64,000 bases of DNA, taken from a bacterium. GTDB taxonomy: Bacteria; Actinomycetota; Thermoleophilia; Solirubrobacterales; Solirubrobacteraceae. Shown piece by piece: positions 46,126-56,069 of this stretch. The stretch covers positions 9,563 through 73,562 of the forward strand of contig JAJPKQ010000027.1 of NCBI GenBank assembly GCA_021323635.1. The letters run 5' to 3'. The position numbers were made by a program, and so were the translations under genes. The notes below the pieces were generated by a model. That model made no database searches, had not been told where the DNA came from, and saw nothing but the letters and a program-made list of their open reading frames with translations. Position 1 is the stretch's first letter; every line of letters starts with the position of its first letter.

Positions 46126-47938
46126 CTGCGCCGCGCGCCCCCGGCGAGCGTGCAGTCGGCCCCCGGCAGCTGCGATGGCTGTCGCCCAGCAGCGCGCCGA
46201 GTGAGAAGCTGACCGTGATCCGCAGGGTGCCCGCGGCCGCCGCTTCGAGGATCGTCCAGTTGCCCGCCGCGCGAACGAGACATCCCGAGCCCTGCGCGAG
46301 CGTCCAGTAGCGCGAGAAGTGGAAGGCCAAGCGGTAGCGACCCGGATGCGGAGCGCTCACAAGCAGCGACTGCGGGCCGAGCTCAAGCAGCCGCGCCGGC
46401 GCCTGCACCAGCGGCGCCGCGTGCTCGACCGCGTAGAGGCGCCAGTCCCGGTTGCGCCAGAGCCGGTGCAGATAGGGCAGGCCGGCGCGGATCAGCCTGC
46501 CCTCGGGGCGCCCGGCGGAGTCCAGGCGCGCCTGCGGGAGGGCGACGTAGGAGACGGCGTTTTCTAAGAGCCAGCGCCGGTAGGCGGAGGCGCTCAGCTG
46601 CGGTCGGTAGAAGAGGGCGTTGTAGCGGGTGTCAAGCTGGCGCTCCCAGCCGCGCGCGAGCATCAGGCCGCCGCCGGGCAGGTAGGCAGCCTCCCAGTGC
46701 GCTCCGGTCATCGGGATCTCCACGCGCGTCGGCCTGCCGCGGCTGAGGCGCTGTAGCTCTGCGATCAGCGGCGCATAGAAGGTGCGCTTCACGGTGCGAT
46801 CGCCGGCCAGGGCAAGCTGGTCGTCGATCGCGGTTGCAAGCTGCCAGTAGAGCAGGAGCGGGGCGATCGCCGCGGCGATCGCAATCCAGGCCCGCGGCCT
46901 CAAGCTGCGCGCGATCGCAGCATTCCAGAGGCAGCCGAGCAGGAGCGGGGCACCGAAGAGCGCGCCCACGCGCACCGCGTTGCCGCCGAAGGGGCTCTCG
47001 ATCAGAAACGATCCGACCAGCAGGATCGCGTAGAGGAGCGCGCCGATGCGGATTGTGCGGTGCAGCCAGTGCGGCAGGTGCCCGTGGGGCAGCAGCATCG
47101 CGACCGCGAGGCCTGCTGCGAGCTCAGGCCAGAAGGCGCCCGCCACAAAGGGCTCATAGCCGCCTTCGGGGAAGGCGAGCACGAGCGCGGCGATCGGCGC
47201 CAGCGAGGCTGAGATCAGCAGCAGGGCGACCGCGAGCGCGTGGCGCGGGCACTCATCTGATCGCCTTGCGAGCCGGCGCGGTGATCGCGTGAAGGAGGTC
47301 AGGCGCCCCGCGAGCACACTGAGCGCCAGCGCGCCGCCGGCAAGCGCCAAGAAAACGCCCGCGACCGGGCTTGCGGTCGCAGAGAGCACGCAGAGCGCGC
47401 CGGCGGCCATGAGGGAGAGCAGCCGCGCTGGGCCTGCGGGCGGCGCATGGGCGAGCGCAACCAGCGCGAGCAGCCCGATCGCGCTGCCGACATCAAAGGG
47501 GACGCGACCGGAGGGCAGCTCGGCGCAGAAGCCGAAGGCAAAGCTGAGCGCGGCGGCGCGTGCGGCGCCGGCTGTTGAGAAGGCGCGCAGCGCAAGCAGC
47601 GCAAAGCCGCCCGCCGCGACCACGGCGGAGAGCGCAAGCAGCATGCGCAGGCCGATCGCCGCGCCCAGTGCCGGCACGATGATCGAGTAGGCAAGCAGGT
47701 AGTGGCCGGCATACCAGCCCGTGTCATAAAGCAGGAGGCCGTAGCGGGAGAAGAGGTCGGCGCGGTAGGTGGCGGCGGCGAGGTCGCCCGATGGCGGCGA
47801 GACCGCCAGATAGATGGCGGCGAGCAGGATCGCAAGCGCGAGCGCGGCTGCAACCGTCAGCCGCGGGGAGCCGATTGCGCGCGGGCTTGGGGGCGGCAGG
47901 GTTGCGGAGGCTGGCTCGGCTGTCTGCAGATGTGACAT
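46109..47938 (-). CDS. Polytopic membrane protein, possible GT-C-type glycosyltransferase
   Basis: 10 or more hydrophobic segments, acidic first loop SGDLAAATYRADLF followed by WYAGH, and a soluble C-terminal domain (RVEIP, ARGWERQLD). Fold assignment is an inference. Confidence 0.5.
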   Translation of the reverse strand: MSHLQTAEPASATLPPPSPRAIGSPRLTVAAALALAILLAAIYLAVSPPSGDLAAATYRADLFSRYGLLLYDTGWYAGHYLLAYSIIVPALGAAIGLRMLLALSAVVAAGGFALLALRAFSTAGAARAAALSFAFGFCAELPSGRVPFDVGSAIGLLALVALAHAPPAGPARLLSLMAAGALCVLSATASPVAGVFLALAGGALALSVLAGRLTSFTRSPRRLARRSDECPRHALAVALLLISASLAPIAALVLAFPEGGYEPFVAGAFWPELAAGLAVAMLLPHGHLPHWLHRTIRIGALLYAILLVGSFLIESPFGGNAVRVGALFGAPLLLGCLWNAAIARSLRPRAWIAIAAAIAPLLLYWQLATAIDDQLALAGDRTVKRTFYAPLIAELQRLSRGRPTRVEIPMTGAHWEAAYLPGGGLMLARGWERQLDTRYNALFYRPQLSASAYRRWLLENAVSYVALPQARLDSAGRPEGRLIRAGLPYLHRLWRNRDWRLYAVEHAAPLVQAPARLLELGPQSLLVSAPHPGRYRLAFHFSRYWTLAQGSGCLVRAAGNWTILEAAAAGTLRITVSFSLGALLGDSHRSCRGPTARSPGARGAGGGLR

Positions 47939-48124
47939 CGGGCGCCCGATTATCGTGCAGCAAGGGGATGTGCTCGCTGGTGGGATTGCGCGGCTCGGGC
48001 AGGGGGCGATCACGCGTCGGCGTAGCGCCGCGCGAGCCTTGTGGCGGTTTGCAGCTCAGCAGTATGGCCCGCCACGAACCTCCGGGTGGCGTGGCGACAC
48101 AGTCAATGTGAAAGGATCGCAACG

Positions 48125-49864
48125 ATGGGATTGAGGCTGCCGGCAGGTGCCCGGGAGGTCTTCTTCGGCGCTGCGCTCGGCCTGGGTGTTGGTGCGGCCT
48201 ATCTGGCACCGGACGCAGTTGCGAGCGGACATTAGCCGAGGCAAGTTGGAGCGCAGATGCTGACCGTCCGTGCAGGCGCCGTGGCGGCGCCGCTCCCCGA
48301 TGGGAAGATACGCATCGTGGGTGGTGAGACGAAAACCAAGAAAAGTCAAACGTCTACAAAGAGCGCCGAAGTCTACAACCGTTCCACCAAGAGCTTTGAA
48401 GCGCACAGCGCACAGGCGACAGCATCGCGCGATTACGCAGCCGGCGCCGTGCTGCCGAGCGGCGAGGCGCTGATCGTGGCCGGCTACGACACTGAATCCA
48501 AGCAGCAGCTGAAGAGCGCCGAAGCGTAAAACCGGTCAGCGCGCGCTTTGAAACGCTAGCGAGCGAAGCGCTGGCAGCAAGGGCGTATGCGACTGCAGCG
48601 GCGCCGGGGCGGCAAGGCTCTGAATGCCGACGGGCATGGCAGCAACGGCAAGGAGGAAGCGAATCTGGGGACGGCAGAGTTCTACAACCCGAGCACCGAT
48701 GCGTTTGAACACATCGCCGGCGAACCGCAGGTAGTAGGCGGCGAGAATCCCGCAGCGGCCTTGATCCGCGAAGAAAAGTGCTGATCGCAGGCGGCTGCGG
48801 TCAAAGCTATCGCAGTAGCGCTGATCGTTACAACGCCAAGACCGGCAGCTTGAGACGCCCGCCGGCATCGGCAAACTGACCGGGCGTCGGTATGGCGCCT
48901 GGTCGCTTGCCTCCGAAGCCGGCGAAGCGTTCATCGGCTCCGGCTACAGCTCTTCTTATCTGCGCAGCGTCGATTCAACTGACGGCAAGACGCTCACGCT
49001 CTCGAGGGCTGCACGGCGGCCGCTTGAAGAGCGCTGGGACGCGGTGGTGGCGCCGCTGTCAAAGAGCCCGTGGCTGATCGCAGGTGGTATCGCGCAGTAA
49101 ACGGAATTGTCGGCATTGCCGAGGAAATCGCGGCGGTCGTTCCAATGGCCTCGATGATCGGCGGCGGCTTCGGAGCGGTGGGCGTCGGCGAAAGCGCTGG
49201 TGCGCGCACGATCACCGTCGGCAACAGAGGGCAAGGTCAACTGAGGATCAGAGGCGTGCTGCTCAGTGGGGCCGATGCCGCTGACTTCAAGCTCGACGGA
49301 GGTCTCTGCGTCGGGCTCTCGGTTGCCGCGGGCGACAGCTGCGTGCTCACGGTCAGCTCCGCGCCTGCCACCACAGGAGCTGAGACCGCCACGCTGAGGC
49401 TTGAAGACAACGAGCGGTCGCGTGCCTCGATCACGCTGACCGGCAGCGGCTGTGCGCCGGGCTCTGCTGCGGGAGCGCTGCGCCTGCGGGGAGCAGCGGG
49501 GCCGACCGGCGCCGCGGGCCCAACGGGCGCCACCGGGCCTGCCGGGAAGGTCGGGCTCCTCACCTGCTCGGTTGGCGTCAAGAAGGTCGGGCGGCATGGG
49601 CACGTAGGCAAGCTGCGCGGGCGCCACTGCACGACAAAGACGGTGAGCGGCACCGCGAAGCTCACCCTCACCGGGCCGCGGGTCGCTCTGCGTCATGGCG
49701 GTCATCTCTACACGCACGGCGAGGAGATCGCGCTCGGGCACGGTCGCAGCGAGCTGGTGCTTGCGCGCGGCGTAGCTCTGCAGCCCGGTCGCTTCACCCT
49801 GGTCTCGCGCATCCGCCGCCACGGCCGGCTCGTGCGCAGACGCATGCAGATAGAGATCCGGTGG
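48125..49864 (+). pseudogene. Decayed secreted kelch-repeat + Ig-like (choice-of-anchor D) + collagen-like protein
   Basis: Signal-peptide-like start with in-frame TAG 48233; kelch units (LPDGKIRIVGG...SAEVYN, LPSGEALIVAG...SAEA*, KVLIAGG) broken by stops and frameshifts; ITVGNRGQGQL...CVLTV...LTGSG; GxT collagen triplets; original stop apparently lost. Confidence 0.8.
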
Positions 49865-50101
49865 GCGCCTCACCTCGGCCCAAGCGCCGGGGCCCTGAGC
49901 GGGCCCCGGCGCGCCCGCGGCAGCGCGCCTCCCAGCCCTTGCCCTCAGGGTCGACGCTGCTCTCCTGAGCGAAGCCTGCAGAAAAGATCAGGGCACGCTC
50001 CCCGATGCGAGCACGGATGCCATCGGCGAGGATCGGCCAAGTTGCAAGTAACCGATCCAAGGAGGGCTTCGTTGCACCCGATCTCCGGTCTTCTCCGTCA
50101 G

Positions 50102-50773
50102 ATGCGCCGACGCTTCACATTCGCCAACGTCGTGGCCGTGATCGCGCTGCTGTTCTCGATGAGTGGCGCTGCGATCGCCGCACGCCATTACCTGATCACC
50201 TCAACCAGGCAGATCAGCCCGAAGGTGCTGCGCGAGCTGCGCGGTCGCAACGGCCAGCGCGGAGCTACTGGTCAAAGCGGAGCAGCGGGCCCGCAGGGCG
50301 CCACAGGCTCTCAGGGAGCGGCCGGCCCGCAGGGCGTGACCGGGCCGCAGGGGCCTGCAGGGCCGGGGCTGATGGCTTACGCCTCCAATAAGGGAGGCTG
50401 TGCGCTCGAAAACGAACTAGGCAATTTCTGCTACCCGTCATCCCCTTCCTCGGGCTCGTTTACGGCAAGCGCCAACGGCACCTGTCTCGTGAGCGCGAGT
50501 GCCCAGATCGAAGAAGTCTCGGGTGTCACGTCCAACGGACCGTTCTTCCGGATCGCGATCAAGGAAGGCGCCACGGAGAAGAACGACGGGCTCTATGGCC
50601 ACTACTTCGAGGGCTCCGCCGGCGTGGAATCCATCGACCTTTCGCGCACGATGCAGGTCGCGGTCAGCGCGGGAAACACCTATGAGTTCGGTGCCTACTT
50701 CGGTGCTCCCACAGGACCCTGGCATGGCAAGTTCGCCGACTACCTGGTCACCTACACCTGCTTTGCGACATAG
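50102..50773 (+). CDS. Secreted collagen-like (Gly-X-Y) protein
   Basis: MRRRFTFANVVAVIALLFSMSGAAIAA leader, about 13 Gly-X-Y triplets, beta-rich C-terminal domain. Confidence 0.78.
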   Translation: MRRRFTFANVVAVIALLFSMSGAAIAARHYLITSTRQISPKVLRELRGRNGQRGATGQSGAAGPQGATGSQGAAGPQGVTGPQGPAGPGLMAYASNKGGCALENELGNFCYPSSPSSGSFTASANGTCLVSASAQIEEVSGVTSNGPFFRIAIKEGATEKNDGLYGHYFEGSAGVESIDLSRTMQVAVSAGNTYEFGAYFGAPTGPWHGKFADYLVTYTCFAT

Positions 50774-50839
50774 CGCCGCCGGACGCGCATAGGGCGCCAC
50801 CGGACGACGCCTTTTCGGGCGTGGTGGCACGCTTAGGCG

Positions 50840-53815
50840 GTGCACACCACCGTCGGCGAGGAGCGACTATACGACCGCGAGGGCGAGCTCACAAGCATCG
50901 GCGAGGTCTTTGATCAGGCGCGCGGCGGGAGCGGCGGCGCGCTGCTCATAGAAGGCGCTCCCGGTCTGGGCAAGAGCGCCCTGCTGCGCGCCGCCCGGCG
51001 AGGTGCGGGCGGGCTGCAGGTCCTGCACGGTGCCGGCGAGGAGCTTGAGCGCGGCTTCGCGTTCGGGGTCGCGCGCGACCTTTTCGCGCGGGCACTGCAG
51101 GCGCTCGATCAGAGAGCGCGCAGGCGCGCGCTGACCGGACCGGCTGGGCACGCCTGCGCTGCACTCGGGATTGGGACGGGGACGCGCTCAGTTGAAGGCA
51201 GGGTTGCTGGCCGGGCAGCTCGCGGCGCGCCGGCGTCCGCCTGGCCCGGCGCCGCAAGCGGCGCCGAGGGCGGCGGCCGCATCCTGCACGGCCTCTACTG
51301 CCTGCTCGTGAACCTCGCCGTGCGGGCGCCGCTCGCGCTTGTCCTCGACGATCTGCACTGGGTCGATCACTCCAGCCTGCACCTGCTTGCCTACGTGATC
51401 CGGCGGCTGGAGGGCCTGCCGGTGGCGATCGTGATGGCAACCCGTCCGCCGCGGTCCGGGCGTTTCGATGGCCTGGTGCAGCGGCTTGCCGCCGAGCGAT
51501 CCGTGCTCGTGCACACGCTCACGCCGCTTGGCGCCGAGGCGGTCGGGAGCTATCTGGAAGACCGCCTGGGAGGCCCAGTCGATGTGACCTTTGCCGAGAC
51601 GGCCCGCAGCCTCAGCGGCGGCGTCCCCTACCTGCTCGAGCATCTGGCGCCGGAGATCGAGCGTCGCGGTCTCCAAACAACCGAAGCCGAGATCGAGAAG
51701 CTGCTCATGCTCTCGCCGCAATCGCTCAGCCGCGTGATCAACGCGCGCCTTGCGGAGCTGCCGACAACTGCAAGATCGCTGGCATCTGCCGCGGCGATTC
51801 TGGGCTCGCGAGCGCGCCTGGACAGCTGCATCGCGCTCGCTCACCTGAGCGCGCCGGATGCGTTGCAGGCAATCGACGAGCTTGCGGCGCTTGCGGTCGC
51901 GCACATCGAGGGCGAGAAGATCGCGATCTCGCACCCGCTGCTGCGGCGTGCGCTGCTCGCCGACCTTGCGCCAGGGACGGCTGTGCGCATGCATCTTGAA
52001 GCGGCTGAGATGCTCGATCGGGAAAACGCCGAGCCGGCGGTGGTCGCAGCGCATCTGCTTGCCGCGCCGGTCCCGCAGGGCTCCCCGGCGGCGCGCAGCT
52101 GGGCGCTCGATCTGCTGCAGCGAGAGGCCGAGCGAGCGCTGGCGCAGGGCGCTCCGGCAGATGCCGCGCGGCTGCTGCGGCGCGCGCTGATCGAGGCGCA
52201 GGAGGCAAGCCAGAGAGCGACGCTGCTCTTCAAGCTCGGGGCCGCCGAGATCAGGGCTGGCGAGGCGGATGCCATCCGCCATCTGCGCGTTGCGGCGCGC
52301 TCGCTCCTCGATCCGGGCAAGCGCGCCGGCGCCCACCTCGAGCTCGGGCTCGCGCTGATCGCGCGCGGCGATCCAAATGGGGCGGTCGCGGTGCTGGACC
52401 AGGCGCTCGTCCGACTGGGCGAGGGGCCCGCCGCTGATCGGCGGCTGCGCGTTCGCCTGGAGGCGGAGCTGCTTGCGGCGGCGCGCATAGGGGGCGCCAA
52501 ACACGCCGACATCCTGCAGCGACTGCAGCGACTGGGCATGCCGGAGGGTGAAGGTCGCGAGCAGCGGCTGCTGCTCGGTGTGGTCGCGTTCGAGGCGCTG
52601 ATCGCCGGAGGGATGCAGGTCGGCGCCCTGCCACTGCAATCGGCGGACGCGGTCATTGCGCTTGCGCGACGGGCGCTCAGCGGCGATGCGTCGATCGAGC
52701 ACTCCGCCCACTCGCCGCCCTTGAACCTCGCCGCCTACGCGGCGGCAGCAAGCGACGATCTTGCATCCGCGCTCTGCTTTGCCCGCCAGACGCTGCAGCG
52801 CGCAGAGAAGAGCGGCAGCGTGCTCGGCTTCGCGATCGCCTCCTGCTGGCGCTCGCACTTTGCGCTGCGCGCCGGTGACCTGCGCCTGGCCGAGGAGGAT
52901 GCGCGCGCCTGCCTGGCAAGCGAAGATGCTCATCATTGGCGTCTCGGCCGTCCGGCTGCGGCCGCAAACCTGATCGAAGCGCTGCTGGGCGAGGGCAGGG
53001 TGGCCGAGGCTGAGCAGCTGAGCCTGAAGTTTGTGCCCGGCGAGCTCGCCGGCGCCGGGCTGATCGGCCTTGCACTGCGCGTCGCGATCGGCCGTGTGCA
53101 CCTACTCTGCGGACGCTATCGCGAGGCGGTCGCCGTGCTGGAGGCCTGCGGCGCGGAGTTCGATGGTATCGGGGCCAGAAACCCCGCGCTCAGCCGCTGG
53201 CGATCGCTGTGCGCGCTTGCCCTGGCGGGGGAGGAGAAGCACGAGCAGGCACGCGCGCTGGCTGCAGAGGAGATGGGGCTCGCACGCGCGTTTGGCTCCG
53301 AGAGCGCTTTTGGCTGCGCGCTGGTCACCTCGGCGCTGCTATCGGACTCGCGCCGCGAGCGCCGGGCGCTGCTTGAGGAGGCGGAGGCGGTGCTTGGCGG
53401 TTGCGGTGCGCGCCTGGACTGGGCGCACGCGCTGCTTGAGCTGGGCGCGCTGCATCGCCGCGAGGGCAGGCGCAGCACAGGGGTAGAGCTGCTGCAGAAG
53501 GCGCTCGACCTCGCCGAGCGGCTGGGGGCGGGCATGCTCAGAGAGCGTGCGCGGGCGGAGCTTGCAAGTGCTGGGCTCAGACCCAGACGGGCGCTGCTGA
53601 GCGGGCCGGAGTCGCTGACGGGCGCAGAGCTTCGCGTGGCTGAGGCGGCGGCCGCCGGGATGACAAATCGGGAGATCGCGCAGCGCCTGTATCTGTCGGT
53701 GAAGACCGTTGAAACCCACCTGCGCCATGCCTACCAGAAGCTTGACATCAGCTCGCGCAAGCAGCTGCCCAGCGTGCTCACGGTCGAGCCGGCAGGGCAG
53801 CGCGCGCCGCGCTGA
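50840..53815 (+). CDS. LAL / MalT-like AAA-ATPase LuxR regulator
   Basis: Walker A GAPGLGKS, Walker B VLDDLHW, TPR-like middle, C-terminal LTGAELRVA...TNREIAQRLYLSVKTVETHL. Confidence 0.92.
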   Translation: MHTTVGEERLYDREGELTSIGEVFDQARGGSGGALLIEGAPGLGKSALLRAARRGAGGLQVLHGAGEELERGFAFGVARDLFARALQALDQRARRRALTGPAGHACAALGIGTGTRSVEGRVAGRAARGAPASAWPGAASGAEGGGRILHGLYCLLVNLAVRAPLALVLDDLHWVDHSSLHLLAYVIRRLEGLPVAIVMATRPPRSGRFDGLVQRLAAERSVLVHTLTPLGAEAVGSYLEDRLGGPVDVTFAETARSLSGGVPYLLEHLAPEIERRGLQTTEAEIEKLLMLSPQSLSRVINARLAELPTTARSLASAAAILGSRARLDSCIALAHLSAPDALQAIDELAALAVAHIEGEKIAISHPLLRRALLADLAPGTAVRMHLEAAEMLDRENAEPAVVAAHLLAAPVPQGSPAARSWALDLLQREAERALAQGAPADAARLLRRALIEAQEASQRATLLFKLGAAEIRAGEADAIRHLRVAARSLLDPGKRAGAHLELGLALIARGDPNGAVAVLDQALVRLGEGPAADRRLRVRLEAELLAAARIGGAKHADILQRLQRLGMPEGEGREQRLLLGVVAFEALIAGGMQVGALPLQSADAVIALARRALSGDASIEHSAHSPPLNLAAYAAAASDDLASALCFARQTLQRAEKSGSVLGFAIASCWRSHFALRAGDLRLAEEDARACLASEDAHHWRLGRPAAAANLIEALLGEGRVAEAEQLSLKFVPGELAGAGLIGLALRVAIGRVHLLCGRYREAVAVLEACGAEFDGIGARNPALSRWRSLCALALAGEEKHEQARALAAEEMGLARAFGSESAFGCALVTSALLSDSRRERRALLEEAEAVLGGCGARLDWAHALLELGALHRREGRRSTGVELLQKALDLAERLGAGMLRERARAELASAGLRPRRALLSGPESLTGAELRVAEAAAAGMTNREIAQRLYLSVKTVETHLRHAYQKLDISSRKQLPSVLTVEPAGQRAPR

Positions 53816-53971
53816 GGGGCGCTGGCGCAAGAGCGGTTGGACCTCTCTGCGCAGGCAGCCGCCGCCCGGCGTGCAAGCATCTGCAGGGACCATGCGACGC
53901 TTGCCTCAGGAGCGGGAAGAGGCTTCAGGGGCGTGCAGATCGCGAGTCCGTTGGCAGAGCGAGGAACTGGA

Positions 53972-54394
53972 GTGCAACAGGAGACAGCCGAGGAGAGCAG
54001 CGGCATCGGTCAGGCTGCGACCGCCCAGCTTGCCCCAACCACGCGCATAGACCGCATCCTTGCGCTCGTGCCGCGAGCGCTCTCAAGCCACCTCCACATC
54101 ATCTTCCTCGCCGGCCTGGGAGTGTTCCTGGTGCTGCTGCCGTTGGTCGGCGTGGGAGTCAGCGCAAAGGCGGAGCTGATCGGCGGCAACTACACCAACG
54201 TCACCTCAGATCTGGGCGCGTGCATAGCCGCTGGGCTCACCGTCCATCTGGTGCGCCGCGAGCACCGTCGCAGCGAGGAGCTCCATCGCATGCTCGAGCG
54301 CATGCACGCCCACCATCAGGAGGTCGCTCGGTCACTCGCCGCTACGCAGGCGCTGCTGGAGCGCGCCGAGCGGGCGGTGCGCAAGGACGCCTGA
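53972..54394 (+). CDS. Small membrane protein with coiled-coil tail, unknown function
   Basis: Two hydrophobic segments; GAGGA upstream of GTG 53972. Confidence 0.55.
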   Translation: MQQETAEESSGIGQAATAQLAPTTRIDRILALVPRALSSHLHIIFLAGLGVFLVLLPLVGVGVSAKAELIGGNYTNVTSDLGACIAAGLTVHLVRREHRRSEELHRMLERMHAHHQEVARSLAATQALLERAERAVRKDA

Positions 54395-54407
54395 GCGCAC
54401 GCACGCG

Positions 54408-55142
54408 ATGGCTGCTCGCGCGCGCCTGCTCCAAGCTGAAGGAGGACCAGTGCGGGCGCAGCAACGCGCGGCGCCCCCGTCGCGCGCGCGGGTGAAGCGC
54501 ATCCGCGCTGCCCTGCGCAGTGTCTATGGGACGCCGACGATGGCCCCGCACGGGGACCCGCTGGCCGAGCTGGTCCTGACCGTGCTCTCCCAGTCCACGA
54601 ATGACCGCAACCGTGACATCGCCTTTCTGCGTTTGCGCGAGCGCTTTGCGAGCTGGGAGCAGGTGCGCGATGCGCCGCTGCACTGCGTCGAGGAGGCGAT
54701 CCGCCCGGGCGGGATCTCAAAGGTCAAGTCCGCGCGCATCAAGGCGATCCTCGCTGCGATCAGCGAGCGTGCGCGCGATGCGAGCGAGCCGCTCTCGCTC
54801 GAGTGGATGCGGTCGGCGAGCGTGCCTGAGGGCCGCGCCTTCCTGACCTCCCTGCCGGGCATCGGGCGCAAGACCGCAGCATGTGTGCTGCTCTTCTCCT
54901 TCGGCCTGCGCGATGTCCCGGTCGACACTCACGTCGGGCGCGTCGGTCGCAGGCTGGGCCTGCTGCCTGACACAAACGTGTTCGATCGCCTGCATGAAGC
55001 GATGCTCGCGCTCACGCCGACCGGCGCCGAGCTCGAGCTGCATGTCAACCTGCTGCGACACGGGCGGCGCACCTGTCATGCGCGCGCACCTGACTGCGGC
55101 GGCTGCGTGCTGCGGCGGATGTGCCCCTCGCGATTGCCCTGA
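54408..55142 (+). CDS. nth: Endonuclease III-family (HhH-GPD) DNA glycosylase
   Basis: VLSQSTND, LPGIGRKTA, VDTHV, Fe-S motif CHARAPDCGGCVLRRMC. Confidence 0.88.
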   Translation: MAARARLLQAEGGPVRAQQRAAPPSRARVKRIRAALRSVYGTPTMAPHGDPLAELVLTVLSQSTNDRNRDIAFLRLRERFASWEQVRDAPLHCVEEAIRPGGISKVKSARIKAILAAISERARDASEPLSLEWMRSASVPEGRAFLTSLPGIGRKTAACVLLFSFGLRDVPVDTHVGRVGRRLGLLPDTNVFDRLHEAMLALTPTGAELELHVNLLRHGRRTCHARAPDCGGCVLRRMCPSRLP

Positions 55143-55183
55143 GCTGCAGTGTCGGCGCTCGCGTGACCCGCTGGCACAGGCTC

Positions 55184-55891
55184 TCAGGCGGCGCGTGCCA
55201 GCGCCTGGGCGCGCGCGGCGCTGATCTGCTCGAGCGCCCCGTCGATCACCCGGCCGAGGAAGGTCTCGCGGTCGTTGACATGCGGCAGCGGCTGCTGCGG
55301 CACGGGGACCTCCAGAAAAGCGCAGAGCGGCTCCCAGCCTTCCTTCACCTCCCACACCAGCAGACGCTCAGGCGGCACCGTCGCCTTGACCGCCTCATTG
55401 TGCGCATTAAAGGCCCTGATCAGCTGCTCGGGTGTCTCGTGGCCACCCGCAAAGCTCCCCTGCTCGCCCCAGAACATGCGCTCGACAAGCGCGACGTAAC
55501 GCTTCCAGCGCGGATCGACCAAGGCGCGCGCGGATGAAAGCAGATGGATCAGCGACTCGCCATGGCCCATGCTCCAGATCGTCTCGCGGAAGCTTCGCTC
55601 CCAGGCTGCCGGGTCCCGAACCGAGAGCAGGACCTTGGCGTCGGGGTAGGCTGCCAGCAGGCGCTCCCAGAAGTACCCGCCGGGCCAGTCGACGGTCGCC
55701 TGGAAGCCCGCGAAGACCTCCGCCCAGACCTCCTCTCCGTCCAGCGCCCGCTCCCAGACCGCCACCTGGTCGAGGTCTGCAAGCACGTTGACCCAGTGGT
55801 AGCAGGGCTCCAGGCCGAGCATCTCAAGCGCCACCTTCTGCGTCAGGGTTCCAGTGCGCGGCATGCCCGCGCCGATCAGCTTGATTGACAA
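55184..55891 (-). CDS. Stand-alone sulfotransferase-family protein (Sulfotransfer_4-like)
   Basis: IGAGMPRTGT PAPS-loop-like motif, PCYHW, ATVDWP, KVLLSVRD, EGWEPLCAFL...PLPHVN; AAGGAGG SD before TTG 55891. Confidence 0.85.
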   Translation of the reverse strand: MSIKLIGAGMPRTGTLTQKVALEMLGLEPCYHWVNVLADLDQVAVWERALDGEEVWAEVFAGFQATVDWPGGYFWERLLAAYPDAKVLLSVRDPAAWERSFRETIWSMGHGESLIHLLSSARALVDPRWKRYVALVERMFWGEQGSFAGGHETPEQLIRAFNAHNEAVKATVPPERLLVWEVKEGWEPLCAFLEVPVPQQPLPHVNDRETFLGRVIDGALEQISAARAQALARAA

Positions 55892-56069
55892 CTGCGCCTC
55901 CTTCTTTGCACGGTCGGGGCTGCGATTGTGCCAGGGCAGCGCGAGCGCTGCGCTGTGATCGCCTGCTGCCCGCGGCATCGGCCTCAGGCTCGGGTATCGT
56001 CTCTGTCGGCAGACGCGGGCGATTGCAGCCCGCCGGCGCCGGCGCGGCGCCCGATCAGGAGAAAGGCAG

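Noticed and set aside
49070-50773. 567-aa ORF as a single real protein
   Set aside because: It joins the tail of the decayed kelch/collagen gene through a low-complexity stretch to a separate gene with its own leader at ATG 50102; most likely read-through after stop loss.
50796-50828. Hairpin after the collagen gene as an intrinsic terminator
   Set aside because: The stem is imperfect and there is no U-tract after it; not distinguishable from GC-rich background.
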